A stretch of 64,000 nt of DNA from an uncultured delta proteobacterium (GCA_963850305.1 CAWKKR010000008.1:1888001-1952000), one strand, 5' to 3'; positions 1 through 10,034 are shown, counted from the first letter of the stretch. A program made the numbers and translations. The notes: a model not told the origin generated them from the letters alone.

Positions 1-1
1 G

Positions 2-1330
2 GTGGTCCCAGGTATCTCCGACATCGATTTGTTGGTCGTTGCGGATTTGCCGAACGTCGACGCAGAGCTCGCGTTCCGTGCCGACTTGACCGAGCTCTGG
101 CGACGCGTGACGTCCGTCTTCCCCGTCTTCTACAACCTCGACTACGTCGATCGCGCGGACGCTCCGTTCTTGTCGGCGCTCGGGCAGACCTGGATCTCGG
201 ACTTCGAGAAGCGATTTCGTCTGCTCGCCGGGACTCCGCTGCCGAGCTTCGACTTCGAGCGACCACCGCAAGAGCGTGCCATCGAGCGGCTCATCCACGC
301 CCTGTCGAAATGGAGAAAGTCGGGGTGCCACCTCATCGATCCGCGACTCGAAGTCGAGCCGTGGATAACGACCCGGGCCGCGGAGCGACTGCTCGCGCTG
401 GTTTTGGCCCACCGGCGCGGCCTGAGCATCGAGGCGCCGCTCGACGAGCTACTCGCCGAAAGCGCGCCCAGTTCGCGACTCCCGGAAGTGAAGCTCGCCG
501 GCGCGCGTCAGCGCGTGGTGGCGTGCCTCGCGACGGCGCTCGAGGTCCTGGAAGCGTTCGCGAACGAGTGCACGGCCGCCTGGAGCAGCTCATGGCGCCT
601 CTCGGCTTCCGGAACGGCGCCGGAGCCGACACCCGCGGAGTGGGGCGAGGCCCGCGTGCTCGCTTCGCACGGCTTCGCGTCGGTCTACGTCGTGCCGAAC
701 GGCCCCTCGGCGCGCGCTCATCGCGTCATCGCCGTAGGTGCGGAAGGGGAGTCTGCGGGCGCGGTACTGGAGCGCGCGTCGCGTGCGTTCTGCGACCTTC
801 CGGCCGCGACTCCGGAAAATCGATTCCCATCCCGCCCCGTGATCTTGACGCGTTCTCTCTGGAGAGCGACCGCGTTGATCGAGCCCTGTCCGTTCATTGC
901 GGCCCACATTGCTTCGGGGCGTTGCGCCGTGCTCGGGGAGCCTCTACCTCCGCCGCCGGCTCCGCCCGATGAGGCTCTCGAGGCGATCCTTCGTACGCGA
1001 GCCGTGGAGCTGTTCGTCCGGCCGAGAACTCGTCTGCTGCGTGTGGGCAAGGCTTCCGCGCGACGCCGGCTCGCCGACGACCTGCGGCTCGCGCCCGTAC
1101 TGACGACCGCCCTCGAGACGGGCATCCTCGAGCTCGACGGCGGAGACGCTGGCGCGTTTCCCTCGCCGGATAGCTCGGAGCGCATCGTACTCGAGGCGCT
1201 CCGTAGATGGGTTCTCGTGCGACGTCAGGGGTTCGCGGCGGAGTTGGTTGCCCGGGAAGCGGGCGAAACGGCCTCGTCGGCTGGTGCCTCGTCCGCGTTC
1301 GTTTCTCCGGTCACGCCGCGGAACAGGTAG
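2..1330 (+). CDS. Pol-beta superfamily nucleotidyltransferase-domain protein, paralog 1 (5' end outside window)
   Basis: Begins at the window edge with PGISDIDLLVV (DxD), then YNLDYVDR (third Asp). Full-length similarity to 3410-4954 and 6944-8386 (LLAG, PVILTRSLWRATALIEP, VELFVRPR). Confidence 0.75.
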   Translation: MVPGISDIDLLVVADLPNVDAELAFRADLTELWRRVTSVFPVFYNLDYVDRADAPFLSALGQTWISDFEKRFRLLAGTPLPSFDFERPPQERAIERLIHALSKWRKSGCHLIDPRLEVEPWITTRAAERLLALVLAHRRGLSIEAPLDELLAESAPSSRLPEVKLAGARQRVVACLATALEVLEAFANECTAAWSSSWRLSASGTAPEPTPAEWGEARVLASHGFASVYVVPNGPSARAHRVIAVGAEGESAGAVLERASRAFCDLPAATPENRFPSRPVILTRSLWRATALIEPCPFIAAHIASGRCAVLGEPLPPPPAPPDEALEAILRTRAVELFVRPRTRLLRVGKASARRRLADDLRLAPVLTTALETGILELDGGDAGAFPSPDSSERIVLEALRRWVLVRRQGFAAELVAREAGETASSAGASSAFVSPVTPRNR

Positions 1331-2733
1331 CGGCCGCCGAGAAGAACCCAGACGAGGAGCGGGCCGAGCGAGCCCGCGCGAACCAGGCCGAGCCGCAGGG
1401 CGAGATTCGACGCGCCCGGGATGCTCGCGATGTCGCCGCGGAGGAATCGCCGATAGCCGTAGTCGAAGAGAAGGTTGCCGTGTTCGGGTCCTTCCAGCCC
1501 CACGGCGGTCAGCACCAGCATGTTTGCGAACGAGACGATGCCGAGAACGACGACCAGCGTGCGCAGTCGAGGACGCTCCCACGCCCACGCGACCCCGAAG
1601 GCGAGAAACCCGATGACCGGCACCAGGTGGCGAGGGCCCGTCGCTGCGCCGCCCCACCACATGTAGTAGCCAGCATTCGCGAGGACCAGGAGAACGAAAG
1701 CAACGAGCGCCGCGCGCACCGCGGCGTCGCGCTTCTTCGCGGCGTCGAGGATCATCGATGGTACGGCCAGCGCCGCGATGGGCGACAGCAGAAACAGGCC
1801 GCGGCGTCCGCCGACCAGGATGCCGTAGAGCGCCGCGCCGCTCGGCAGGTGGACGCCGAGAAGACCCGACGCGTGCCCGCGCGCGAACTCGGCGCGCTGG
1901 ATGAACGAATAACCCGTGCGCCACGGCGCTCCGAAGCACACGGCGTGATACGCAGCGACGACCATCACGGGGACGAGCGCACCCGTTGCCAGATCGATCG
2001 CCGCGCGCAGTCGCGAACCCCGGGTGGCGCCGAGGACTGCGAACGTGATGATGGCCAGGCTCGGGACCGCCGTGATGTATTCCGACCCGGCCGCGAGCGC
2101 CAGGCATGCGCCTCCAAGTCGCACGCGTGAACGCGAAGACACGCGGTCGCCGTCGAGCGCGAGCACGAAAAGCGCGGCGACCAGGAAGAAGCCGGCGACG
2201 GCGTGCCCGTAGAAGCTCGTCGCATAGGGGAATAGCGGCGTGCCCAGGACGGTCGCGGCGGAGCCGATGAGCGAGGCTTCCGGCGAGAAACGTCGTCGCA
2301 AGAGCTCGAAGAGCAGGACTCCGGCGATCGCAGTGCCCAGGCCGGCGGTCGCGAGCGAGCAGGCGTAGAGACTTCGCTGGAACGAGCCGTTCACGAGCAC
2401 GCGGGCGGCCGGAAGATCTTGCGTCGCGAACGACGTGTAGGCGGGGCGCTTGCCGCGCAGGCGATCGCTCGCGTGGATCGCAGCATAGATCGGCACCGCG
2501 AGGAGCGATGGAATCGGCGCCTTGTCCGTGTGCCAGGAGTCGCGGAATCGCGCCCGATCGCCGGTATCGTTCGCAAACTCGTCGATGGATAGGGTGTGCT
2601 CCTCCACGATGGCCCGGGTGAGGTCGAATCTCGAGACGGGGTTCCACGTCGCCGCCGGCATGAAGTACGCGAAGATCCCGAAGAGCCACAGCCCGTAGGC
2701 GACCCTGAACCAGCGCTCGGAACCGGGACTCAT
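1225..2733 (-). CDS. Polytopic membrane protein, putative GT-C (lipid-linked sugar) glycosyltransferase
   Basis: About 11 hydrophobic segments. Motifs SRFDLTRAIVE, DKAP, GTPLFPYA, RGLFLLSP and WWGGAATGPRHLVP; the last two are shared with 61792-63210. Confidence 0.6.
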   Translation of the reverse strand: MSPGSERWFRVAYGLWLFGIFAYFMPAATWNPVSRFDLTRAIVEEHTLSIDEFANDTGDRARFRDSWHTDKAPIPSLLAVPIYAAIHASDRLRGKRPAYTSFATQDLPAARVLVNGSFQRSLYACSLATAGLGTAIAGVLLFELLRRRFSPEASLIGSAATVLGTPLFPYATSFYGHAVAGFFLVAALFVLALDGDRVSSRSRVRLGGACLALAAGSEYITAVPSLAIITFAVLGATRGSRLRAAIDLATGALVPVMVVAAYHAVCFGAPWRTGYSFIQRAEFARGHASGLLGVHLPSGAALYGILVGGRRGLFLLSPIAALAVPSMILDAAKKRDAAVRAALVAFVLLVLANAGYYMWWGGAATGPRHLVPVIGFLAFGVAWAWERPRLRTLVVVLGIVSFANMLVLTAVGLEGPEHGNLLFDYGYRRFLRGDIASIPGASNLALRLGLVRAGSLGPLLVWVLLGGRYLFRGVTGETNADEAPADEAVSPASRATNSAANP

Positions 2734-2818
2734 GAAGCCCCACCTTCCGGCCGCTCCCGGGCGGACGTCAAGGTGCGGTCTGGCGTGGCGTGGCGTTGTC
2801 TGTTATCCGCGACAACGA

Positions 2819-3448
2819 GTGGAGCACGCCGTTCGACCGATCGAGCCCGGGGATCAGCGCCATGGCCTGAGCCCGACCATCGGCATCCAGGCGGCCCTCC
2901 TCGTCCTGTCGCTCGGCGTGGGTTGCCAGAAGCGAGAGCCACCGACGGTGGCCAGTCACGGTTCTCACGAGCTGGTGACTCTCCCGAACAGCACGGTCGC
3001 GCAGGCCAACGAAGGGAAGGTTTCGGGGATCGACCCCGAAGGCAAGGTGAAGTGGACCGCGACCCTCCCCGCCCCGGAGGTCGTGCTCGGGAGGCCGGCA
3101 GCGGCACCGGACAGCACCATATACCTCCGAACGAGCTCCGCGCTCCGAGCGCTTTCCCCGAACGGGCAATGGCTCTGGAAGATACCGCTCCCGGCTCCTC
3201 GCGGTGAGCCGCTTCCCTATTCGCCCGCGGCGATGACGGACAGCTCGTCCGTCGTCCTCGTCGAAGGGCAGACCTATCGCGCGTATTCGCGCCAGGGCGA
3301 AGGCCGGTGGGAGATCAGCCTGGACTCCAGCGAACGGCCCCACGCCGCTCCGCAGGTTGCCCCGGACGGACAGATCTACGTCAGCACTGATCAGAGTCTC
3401 TATTCGATTTCACCTGACGGGAGAGTCACCTGGAGGCAAAGCCGGTGA
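2819..3448 (+). CDS. PQQ-like/BamB-type beta-propeller repeat lipoprotein
   Basis: Lipobox-like LSLGVGC. Repeated blades (GIDPEGKVKW, ALSPNGQWLW, AYSRQGEGRW, SISPDGRVTW). Start uncertain (ATG 2732 or GTG 2819). Confidence 0.65.
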   Translation: MEHAVRPIEPGDQRHGLSPTIGIQAALLVLSLGVGCQKREPPTVASHGSHELVTLPNSTVAQANEGKVSGIDPEGKVKWTATLPAPEVVLGRPAAAPDSTIYLRTSSALRALSPNGQWLWKIPLPAPRGEPLPYSPAAMTDSSSVVLVEGQTYRAYSRQGEGRWEISLDSSERPHAAPQVAPDGQIYVSTDQSLYSISPDGRVTWRQSR

Positions 3449-4954
3449 TCTCCGCCGCGCGTCCAGCTTCGCGAGAAGCTCGGGCCGGAGCGTGTCGAGC
3501 GATGCTCTGAGGCGTTCGAGCAATGCGCGCTCATCGAGCGCCAGGTCTTCCGTGACGTGTCGCCCGTAGTCGACCGCGTGTCCCTCCCGGAGCGCGACGA
3601 GCTCTGGCAAGGTTTCCATTATCTCGGCTCTCATTCTGGCCAGCCCGTCATGACGCGTCTTCGTGAAGCGAAGAGCCCTTCCCCGCGGTCGCCAGAACAT
3701 CTTGACGAGGGAAATGGTCGTCAGAATGTCGAGGTCCAGGGCGGATGGAGCAGCGGGCGGACCGAGGTTCGCGCCTCGAGTCCAGATCGCGCCCGCTGCG
3801 AGGCGTGCCCCCACGGCGGGAAAGGGCTCGATGAGCGCGGCCGCCGCGCGGATGGCAGGCGTCAGGAGTACCGGGTACCGGATTCGCGAGAAGGTACTGG
3901 CGGGGAGAAGGTCGAGCCCGCCGAGTAGGGACTCGAAGTTCTGAACCGCGTGCACGGCGCTCGAGCCGGAAACGGTGGTCACCAGCGCAAGATGGTCATC
4001 GGAACGCGACGAGCACGCGGCGAGCTCCGCGCACGCAAATCCGCACCGGATCGCAGCGCTACCGATCCGTTCCGGGTCCCCACGATCAATCGCGTGCCGC
4101 GGGACGGACATCGGCCATCGTCCTCGGAAATCCCGCGAGAGCCGTCCCATATGCGCGTCGAAGGCCTCGAGACCTGCCGCGACGAAGTGCCGGGGTGAGA
4201 GTGGAGCGCGCTTGGCCGTCACCCGTGCGGGGTCGCGACAAAGAGCGAGTAGCGCTTCACCCGGCGCGTGAGGGCGCACTTCTTCGAGCAAGGCCGGGAG
4301 ATCGGGCGCGGTCCCCGCTTCGATACCGCGCCATGTAGCGACGAGGACCTGCAGCAAGCGCTGACCCCTCCTCGTGCGCTCGAGCGTGTCCAGGCGAGCG
4401 CGAGCAGCCACGAGGATGCTGCTTTGCTTCACCCAGACTCGCATGCATCGAGCAGCACTGGCGAGTTCGCGGTGGCGAACGGACCCAGCAAGAGCGGCGA
4501 GCGACGCCTCACGGCCTGCGAGCAGCTTCCACCGTCGATTGGCGTCGATCGCGAATGCGTCCCCCAGTTGCGTGATGAGTTCCAGGTCGCGCGCCTCGAC
4601 GTAGTCGACGTGTCGGAAGCGTTCCAGCGGACGATTGTGCTTCCGGACGATACGCTCGACGTCGCGCCGGAACCCGAGCTCACTTTCCGCCGTCGGAAGA
4701 TCCGCAGTGAGCATCAGATCTATGTCCGAATAGCCCGGCAGGGGGTTGCCCTGCGCGGTCGAGCCCATGACGTATACGCTCACGACTCCGCGAACCTCAC
4801 CGAGCTCTCCCGCGACACGCCGCGCGCTTCGCCGATACCACGCACTGCCGAGCCGCGTTCCGGGTGCCGTGCGCCCGAGCCACCGAAGTCCCACCACCGC
4901 GGCCACGATGAGGGGGTGACTTCGCGCGAGGCGCTCAGATATCTTGAGCGCCAA
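3410..4954 (-). CDS. Pol-beta superfamily nucleotidyltransferase-domain protein, paralog 2
   Basis: VVSVYVMGSTAQGNPLPGYSDIDLML fits the hG[GS]x(9-13)D.D motif; RHVDYVEARDL. Start overlaps the ABC gene stop. Confidence 0.8.
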   Translation of the reverse strand: MALKISERLARSHPLIVAAVVGLRWLGRTAPGTRLGSAWYRRSARRVAGELGEVRGVVSVYVMGSTAQGNPLPGYSDIDLMLTADLPTAESELGFRRDVERIVRKHNRPLERFRHVDYVEARDLELITQLGDAFAIDANRRWKLLAGREASLAALAGSVRHRELASAARCMRVWVKQSSILVAARARLDTLERTRRGQRLLQVLVATWRGIEAGTAPDLPALLEEVRPHAPGEALLALCRDPARVTAKRAPLSPRHFVAAGLEAFDAHMGRLSRDFRGRWPMSVPRHAIDRGDPERIGSAAIRCGFACAELAACSSRSDDHLALVTTVSGSSAVHAVQNFESLLGGLDLLPASTFSRIRYPVLLTPAIRAAAALIEPFPAVGARLAAGAIWTRGANLGPPAAPSALDLDILTTISLVKMFWRPRGRALRFTKTRHDGLARMRAEIMETLPELVALREGHAVDYGRHVTEDLALDERALLERLRASLDTLRPELLAKLDARRRSPALPPGDSPVR

Positions 4955-6857
4955 GCTGACTCCTGGTTTCAGCGGCCAGTAGCTGGTTATGCAGGAATTG
5001 CCCGTAGCGCGGGCTCCGCGACAAGAGCTCGGGGTGGGTTCCGTCCTCGACGATGCGGCCGTCCTCCATGAGGAGTACCCGGTCCGCGGCGCGAATCGTG
5101 CTGAGCCGGTGGGTCACGAGCAGCCGCGAGCACGTCGGTCCGAGCGCCCTGATGCTCTCCAGCACGACGGCTTCGCTTTCCCCGTCGAGATGGTTCGTGG
5201 CTTCGTCCAGGACGAGGACCTTCGGCTCGCGGAGAAATGCGCGCGCCAGGGCGATTGATTGACGTTGACCGCCCGAGAGCCGCGCCCCGCGCTCCCCGAC
5301 GACCGTGTCCAAGCCATCCTTGAGCTCGGCGATGAAGCCCACCGCGTTAGCCTGCCCGGCAGCTCGTTCGATATCGCGATTGCTCGCGCCCTCCTTCCCG
5401 AACGCGATGTTGTCGCGCACCGTGCCGTCGAACAGGAGCACGTCTTGATCGACGAGAGCGACAATCTCTCGATAACTCGAGGTCGACAGTTCATCGACGC
5501 CGGTTCCGTCGAGGGATACGCGGCCCGCCGTCGGCCGAGCGAGGCGCGCCACGAGATTGACTGCGGTGGTTTTTCCGGCGCCGCGGGCGCCGACGAGCAC
5601 GACCGTCTCTCCAGGGTTCAGCGTGAGGTCGAGTCCGGTCAGGACCTCGTCACCGCCGTCCGGATATGCGTAGTGCACGCCCGCGAGCTCGATCCGGCCC
5701 TTCACCGTCGCCCGATCGAGGGTCTTCGTGCCGGCGTCCTGCGAGTCCGGAGTTTCTTCCGCGACGTCGAGCGCGCGGCTGAAGCCGGCGAAGTCGTCCT
5801 GCAGCCGCAGCGAGCCGGACACGAGCTGCTGCAGGGGACGAAGCAAGCTCGCGATGTACCCGAGGAACATCAGAAGATCGCCGAGCGTGAGCCGGCCATC
5901 GAGCACCCGAGAGCCGCCGTAAAACAACATGACGGCGCTGGCGGCGGCGATGACGAGCCGCCACCCGCTGTCGATGTAAGTGGTGCGCCACCAGCCTCGC
6001 ATCATGTGCCTCACCATCAGGTGAGTGCCGCTCACGAACTGGCGGAGCACCGAGCGTTCGCGCCGGTACGTTCGGATCGTGCGGATTCCGGAGATCGCCT
6101 CCGCGACGCGCGCGTCGACCTCCTGGCGCGCGCGACGCGCCGCGCGGAACACGGGCTCCGTTCTGGCGATCACGCCGCGGTGAGAAACCCAGACGACCGG
6201 GAGCAGAGCCAGGGCAAGCGCGAGAAGCCCCTTGTCGACGGCGGCCAGCACGGCGAGCGTGCCCGCGAGCTGGAGCGTCGAGCGCCAGAGGTTGACGACG
6301 AGTTGAAAGAGAATATCGCCGGGTGCGCGTGCGTCCTCGCGCAGGAGACTCGCCACTCCGCCACTCTTCACGCCTTGGATCTTCCAGAGCGGCAGACGGA
6401 GCGCGCTTCGCAGCAACCGCCGTGAAAAGCGCACCTGCAGGTGCCACGTGATGAGCCGAAGCCGGTACCATCCCCAGACATCAATCAAAATCGCGACCAG
6501 CTCGCTCGCCAGAACGGCCGTGCCGAGCACGATGAGCAGCTTCGCGCGATCGTGCGGGAGCCCGAGCCACTTCGGGATCCCGTTCGGTCCCGGGTGGTCC
6601 ATGAAGACGTAGTCGATCGCGAACTTGGGTGACGCCAGGTACGTGAGGCGCAACGACGCCGCTGCCGACAGCGCAGCAACGACGAGGATGAGCTCCACGT
6701 ATTTGCCTTTGAGGAGCTCGGCTAGCGCGCGCGCCAGGCTCGCGACCGATCGGGGCTTGGCCGAGGATTGGGTCGGGCCCGGGCTGGCGCCATCGAAGAC
6801 GGCCGTCTTCGAGCGCCCTGCGCGAAACCCGAGGCGACTCGGCACGCCGAAATCCAT
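4935..6857 (-). CDS. ABC exporter, fused permease/ATPase (MsbA/ABCB-like)
   Basis: N-terminal TM domain, Walker A GARGAGKT, signature LSGGQRQ, Walker B VLVLDEAT, H-loop VTHRLS. Start taken at MDFGVP (ATG 6857). Confidence 0.9.
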   Translation of the reverse strand: MDFGVPSRLGFRAGRSKTAVFDGASPGPTQSSAKPRSVASLARALAELLKGKYVELILVVAALSAAASLRLTYLASPKFAIDYVFMDHPGPNGIPKWLGLPHDRAKLLIVLGTAVLASELVAILIDVWGWYRLRLITWHLQVRFSRRLLRSALRLPLWKIQGVKSGGVASLLREDARAPGDILFQLVVNLWRSTLQLAGTLAVLAAVDKGLLALALALLPVVWVSHRGVIARTEPVFRAARRARQEVDARVAEAISGIRTIRTYRRERSVLRQFVSGTHLMVRHMMRGWWRTTYIDSGWRLVIAAASAVMLFYGGSRVLDGRLTLGDLLMFLGYIASLLRPLQQLVSGSLRLQDDFAGFSRALDVAEETPDSQDAGTKTLDRATVKGRIELAGVHYAYPDGGDEVLTGLDLTLNPGETVVLVGARGAGKTTAVNLVARLARPTAGRVSLDGTGVDELSTSSYREIVALVDQDVLLFDGTVRDNIAFGKEGASNRDIERAAGQANAVGFIAELKDGLDTVVGERGARLSGGQRQSIALARAFLREPKVLVLDEATNHLDGESEAVVLESIRALGPTCSRLLVTHRLSTIRAADRVLLMEDGRIVEDGTHPELLSRSPRYGQFLHNQLLAAETRSQLGAQDI

Positions 6858-6943
6858 CGGAACGTATCTGTACACGGTGAAGAAAGCCGAGCAAGCTCTC
6901 CGAGCGAGTACCGCGTGATGCCTTCTCGCGATTCGGGGCCACG

Positions 6944-8386
6944 ATGACGAACGCGCCGCGGTTTGCGCGCCTCGCAAGACGAATCGGTCGCACACCGATC
7001 GGCAAGGCGGCGCTCGTTCGCGCTTACTGGGCCGCCGCCGAGGGTGCCGCGCAACTGCTTTTGCGCGTGCCCGGCGTCGACGGTGTCTACGCCTCGGGGT
7101 CCCTCCGAGACCCGCATCGGCTCCGCCCGGGCTACTCGGATATCGATCTGGTTGCGGTCGTCGACGTGGCCACGCTCGAAGACGAACTCGAACTTCGGCG
7201 CGGGTTCCGGCGGGTTCTCGGTCTCGTGAACGTCGCCGGGCCGCTCTTCAAGCACCTCGACTACGTCGAGCGTCGAGATCTCGAGTTTCTTCGCAGGCTC
7301 GGGAACGCGTGGTCCTTATCTGCCGACTCGGCGTGGGAGCTTCTGGCGGGAGCGAACCGTCTCGAGCCGGGCATTCACGCGGGGCACGAAAAGCGACGCC
7401 TCGAGCGCCTCATCGCCGCCCTCCGCCGCTGGCAAGATACGAGCTCATTTCTCCTCGACGGAGGGGGCGGCCGCGCGCCGACGTTGAATGCAATCGGAGC
7501 GGAGCGCACGCTGGCCGAGGTGCTCGCCGCCTGGCTGGACATGCCACGGTTCACACCCCTCACTTCACTCCTGGAGGCCGCGCGCCCGCGCGCGCAAGAG
7601 TTCGACGCACTGAAGGCACTCGCCCGGACCTCTGAACGGAAGGCCGCCGGTGCTGATGACAACGTCGTGCGGGAGCGCGTCGTTGCGAGCCTAGAGGTCC
7701 TGAGTGCGTTCGCGTCCGAAGTGACGCTCGGCTGGAGCGGCGAGTGGCCTCGCGAAGCGCTGACCATGACGGCGGCGAGCAAGCGAAGTGCGCCGCGAAT
7801 GTCTTCGGCCGGACGACCGCTGTCGGCATCGTACCTCGTGGAAGATCATTACGGCGAGGACGTCCCGCTCGTCGTTGCCGCGCCGGGGGCGTCCGCGCGG
7901 CACGCGGTGACGTCTCTTGAACGCCTGCTGGAGGTTCGAAGGGCAGACGCTGCCCTCCGCGTCACCCCGCGTCCCACCGTGCTCACGAACTCGCTCTGGC
8001 ACGCCGCCGCGCTGCTGGATTCTCCGCCCTTCACTGGAGCCGAGCTCGCGCTGGCCGGCCGTCTCCAGTGGGGCGAGCCGCGGCCCGCGCCGCCGAGTCC
8101 CGTGGGACAGGCGTGGGACGATCTGGTCGTGGGGCGTGCCGTTCAGCTGTTCTGGCGCCCGCGCGGGCGCGGCTTGCGCGTCGAGGTGAGCCCGGCTCGG
8201 GCGCTCGAGAAGGCGCGTCACGAGGTGTTCGTTCACGGGAGTGCACTCGCTGCGCTGCTCGGGGTTTCGAAGCTGGATCTCGCGGACACGTCCAGTCGCG
8301 TCGACGAATCGACGCTGATCGAGAAGCACCGCAGCCTCCTCGCGGCGCTCCGGCCGGCCTTCGTCGAGCGACTCCGCCGTCGCTGA
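6944..8386 (+). CDS. Pol-beta superfamily nucleotidyltransferase-domain protein, paralog 3
   Basis: VDGVYASGSLRDPHRLRPGYSDIDLVAV; KHLDYVERRDL; PTVLTNSLWHAAALLD; VQLFWRPRGRGLR. Confidence 0.8.
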   Translation: MTNAPRFARLARRIGRTPIGKAALVRAYWAAAEGAAQLLLRVPGVDGVYASGSLRDPHRLRPGYSDIDLVAVVDVATLEDELELRRGFRRVLGLVNVAGPLFKHLDYVERRDLEFLRRLGNAWSLSADSAWELLAGANRLEPGIHAGHEKRRLERLIAALRRWQDTSSFLLDGGGGRAPTLNAIGAERTLAEVLAAWLDMPRFTPLTSLLEAARPRAQEFDALKALARTSERKAAGADDNVVRERVVASLEVLSAFASEVTLGWSGEWPREALTMTAASKRSAPRMSSAGRPLSASYLVEDHYGEDVPLVVAAPGASARHAVTSLERLLEVRRADAALRVTPRPTVLTNSLWHAAALLDSPPFTGAELALAGRLQWGEPRPAPPSPVGQAWDDLVVGRAVQLFWRPRGRGLRVEVSPARALEKARHEVFVHGSALAALLGVSKLDLADTSSRVDESTLIEKHRSLLAALRPAFVERLRRR

Positions 8387-8511
8387 CCGGGCTCCACGCA
8401 TCCACGTTTCGGGCCTGTGTGGGAGAGCGTGCGCGAACCGACTCGAAACACGAGAAACCACGCGGAATTCGGCGCTCGTGACGGTTGCCTGTACTATGTC
8501 CGCCTTTCAGA

Positions 8512-8517
8512 TACACT
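8512..8517 (+). promoter_or_regulatory. Putative -10 hexamer (TACACT) of a leaderless-type promoter
   Basis: TAnnnT lies 9 nt upstream of the kinase ATG (8527), with no Shine-Dalgarno in between. Confidence 0.35.
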
Positions 8518-8526
8518 TTCGCGCGT

Positions 8527-9995
8527 ATGTCACTTCAGCCCGGCCAGGTCATCGAGGGGAAGTACCGCATCGTCCGCATGATCGGGGAAGGGGGGATGGG
8601 CGCGGTCTTCGAGGGCGAGAACATCCGGATCCAGCGACGCGTCGCCATCAAGGTGCTGCACCCCGCGTTCACCGGCAGTTCGGACGTGACGGCGCGCTTC
8701 GAACGGGAGGCTCAGGCCGCCGGAAAAATCGGCAACGACCACATCCTCGAGGTGCTCGATCTGGGCACGCTGCCGGACGGCTCGCACTTCATGGTGCTCG
8801 AGTTCCTGGATGGAGAACCACTGTCGGCGCGCATTCGCCGCCTCGGACGGATGACGCCCGAAGACGTGGCGCCGATCGCGTTGCAGGTCGCGCAGGGGCT
8901 CGGTGCCGCCCACGCTGCGGGCATCATTCACCGCGATCTGAAGCCGGATAACATTTTCGTGCTCAAGGAGAAGGCCGGCTTCCGCGATTACGTCAAAATC
9001 ATCGATTTCGGGATCTCGAAGTTCCAGACGTTGAGCGGCGAAGGCATGAAGATGACGAGCACGGGCGCGGTGATGGGCACCCCGTATTACATGCCGCCCG
9101 AGCAAGCGAGCGGCAGCCGTCCGGCGGATGCTCGGAGCGACATCTACTCCGTGGGTGTCATTCTCTATGAATGCGTCACCGGCCGGGTTCCATTCGATGG
9201 AGAGACGTTCAATCAGCTCATGTTCAAGATCGTTCTCTCGACGCCCCCGCCGCTGCACGAGGTGGTGCCGGATCTCCATCCCGCGTTTGCGAGCATCATC
9301 GTCAAGGCCATGGCGCGTGACGCCGAGCACCGGTTTCAATCCACGGAGGAGCTGGCGAAGGCGATCACGGCATGGGTCGAACGCCGCGCGATGGTTTCCA
9401 ATCCGCCTCCGCCCGAGCAGCCCGATGCCGTGATTCCAGGGGTCTCGCGTGAGCGCCTTGCCTCCGTCTCGAGCTTCGTGCCGAGCCAGACGTCGAGTGG
9501 CGCTTCCAGCGGCCAGACGGCCGCGCCTGTTCCAGAGCCGAGCGCGCAGCCGTTTGGCGCTTCGGTACCCGGGCGACACGGGCAAACCAACGGAACTTTC
9601 GCGTCGTCGCAGGCCGGCGCGGTTCCGAGCAAGAGCACGATCACGGCGGCGGTCGCCGGCGGAGTGCTGCTCTTCGGCGGTTTACTGATCGCGGTTGGGC
9701 TCCACAGGAGTGGCCCGTCCGCAGCAGAATCGGCGGCGACGCCGACGGCCGCGGCGGCCGCACGAGCGTTGCTACGCCGCCGACGGCCGTCCCACCGGCG
9801 AAGCTGGCGCCGGCGATCACGGTCGCGCCGGTCCCGACCGTCGCCGCGTCGGTGGTTGCGCCTCCCGTGGCAGCCGTGGCGGCGACGCCCCACAAGTCCG
9901 CACAGACGAAGCCCGCGCACGAGGCCCCGAAGCCGCATCACTCGACCGTGCGTCCCTCTTCTTCACCCAGCCAGGCGACCGACTTCGGCTACTGA
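8527..9995 (+). CDS. Hanks-type Ser/Thr protein kinase with TM helix and Pro/Ala/Thr-rich extracytoplasmic tail (apparent frameshift near 9760)
   Basis: GEGGMG, VAIK, HRDLKPDN, DFG, GTPYYMPPE, DIYSVG; TM AAVAGGVLLFGGLLIAVGL. After ~9760 the listed frame becomes Arg-rich nonsense running into the next gene, while the -1 frame reads TSVATPPTAVPPAK...SQATDFGY-stop (TGA 9993-9995). Confidence 0.9.
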
Positions 9996-10034
9996 CCGAG
10001 CTTCGAGCGACAACGTCCGGAGTTCCGCGGATCA

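Noticed and set aside
944..2743. Long alternative-frame ORFs (also 11716-13446, 17375-18907, 53481-55793, 58937-60886 and many more)
   Set aside because: Arg/Pro/Ala-rich shadow ORFs expected in high-GC DNA; they overlap better-supported genes and have no motifs.
2..8386. CBASS or MNT-HEPN toxin-antitoxin defence system
   Set aside because: No Cap effector, E1/E2/JAB or stand-alone HEPN gene is adjacent. The neighbours are envelope genes and the shared motif is generic to the Pol-beta superfamily.
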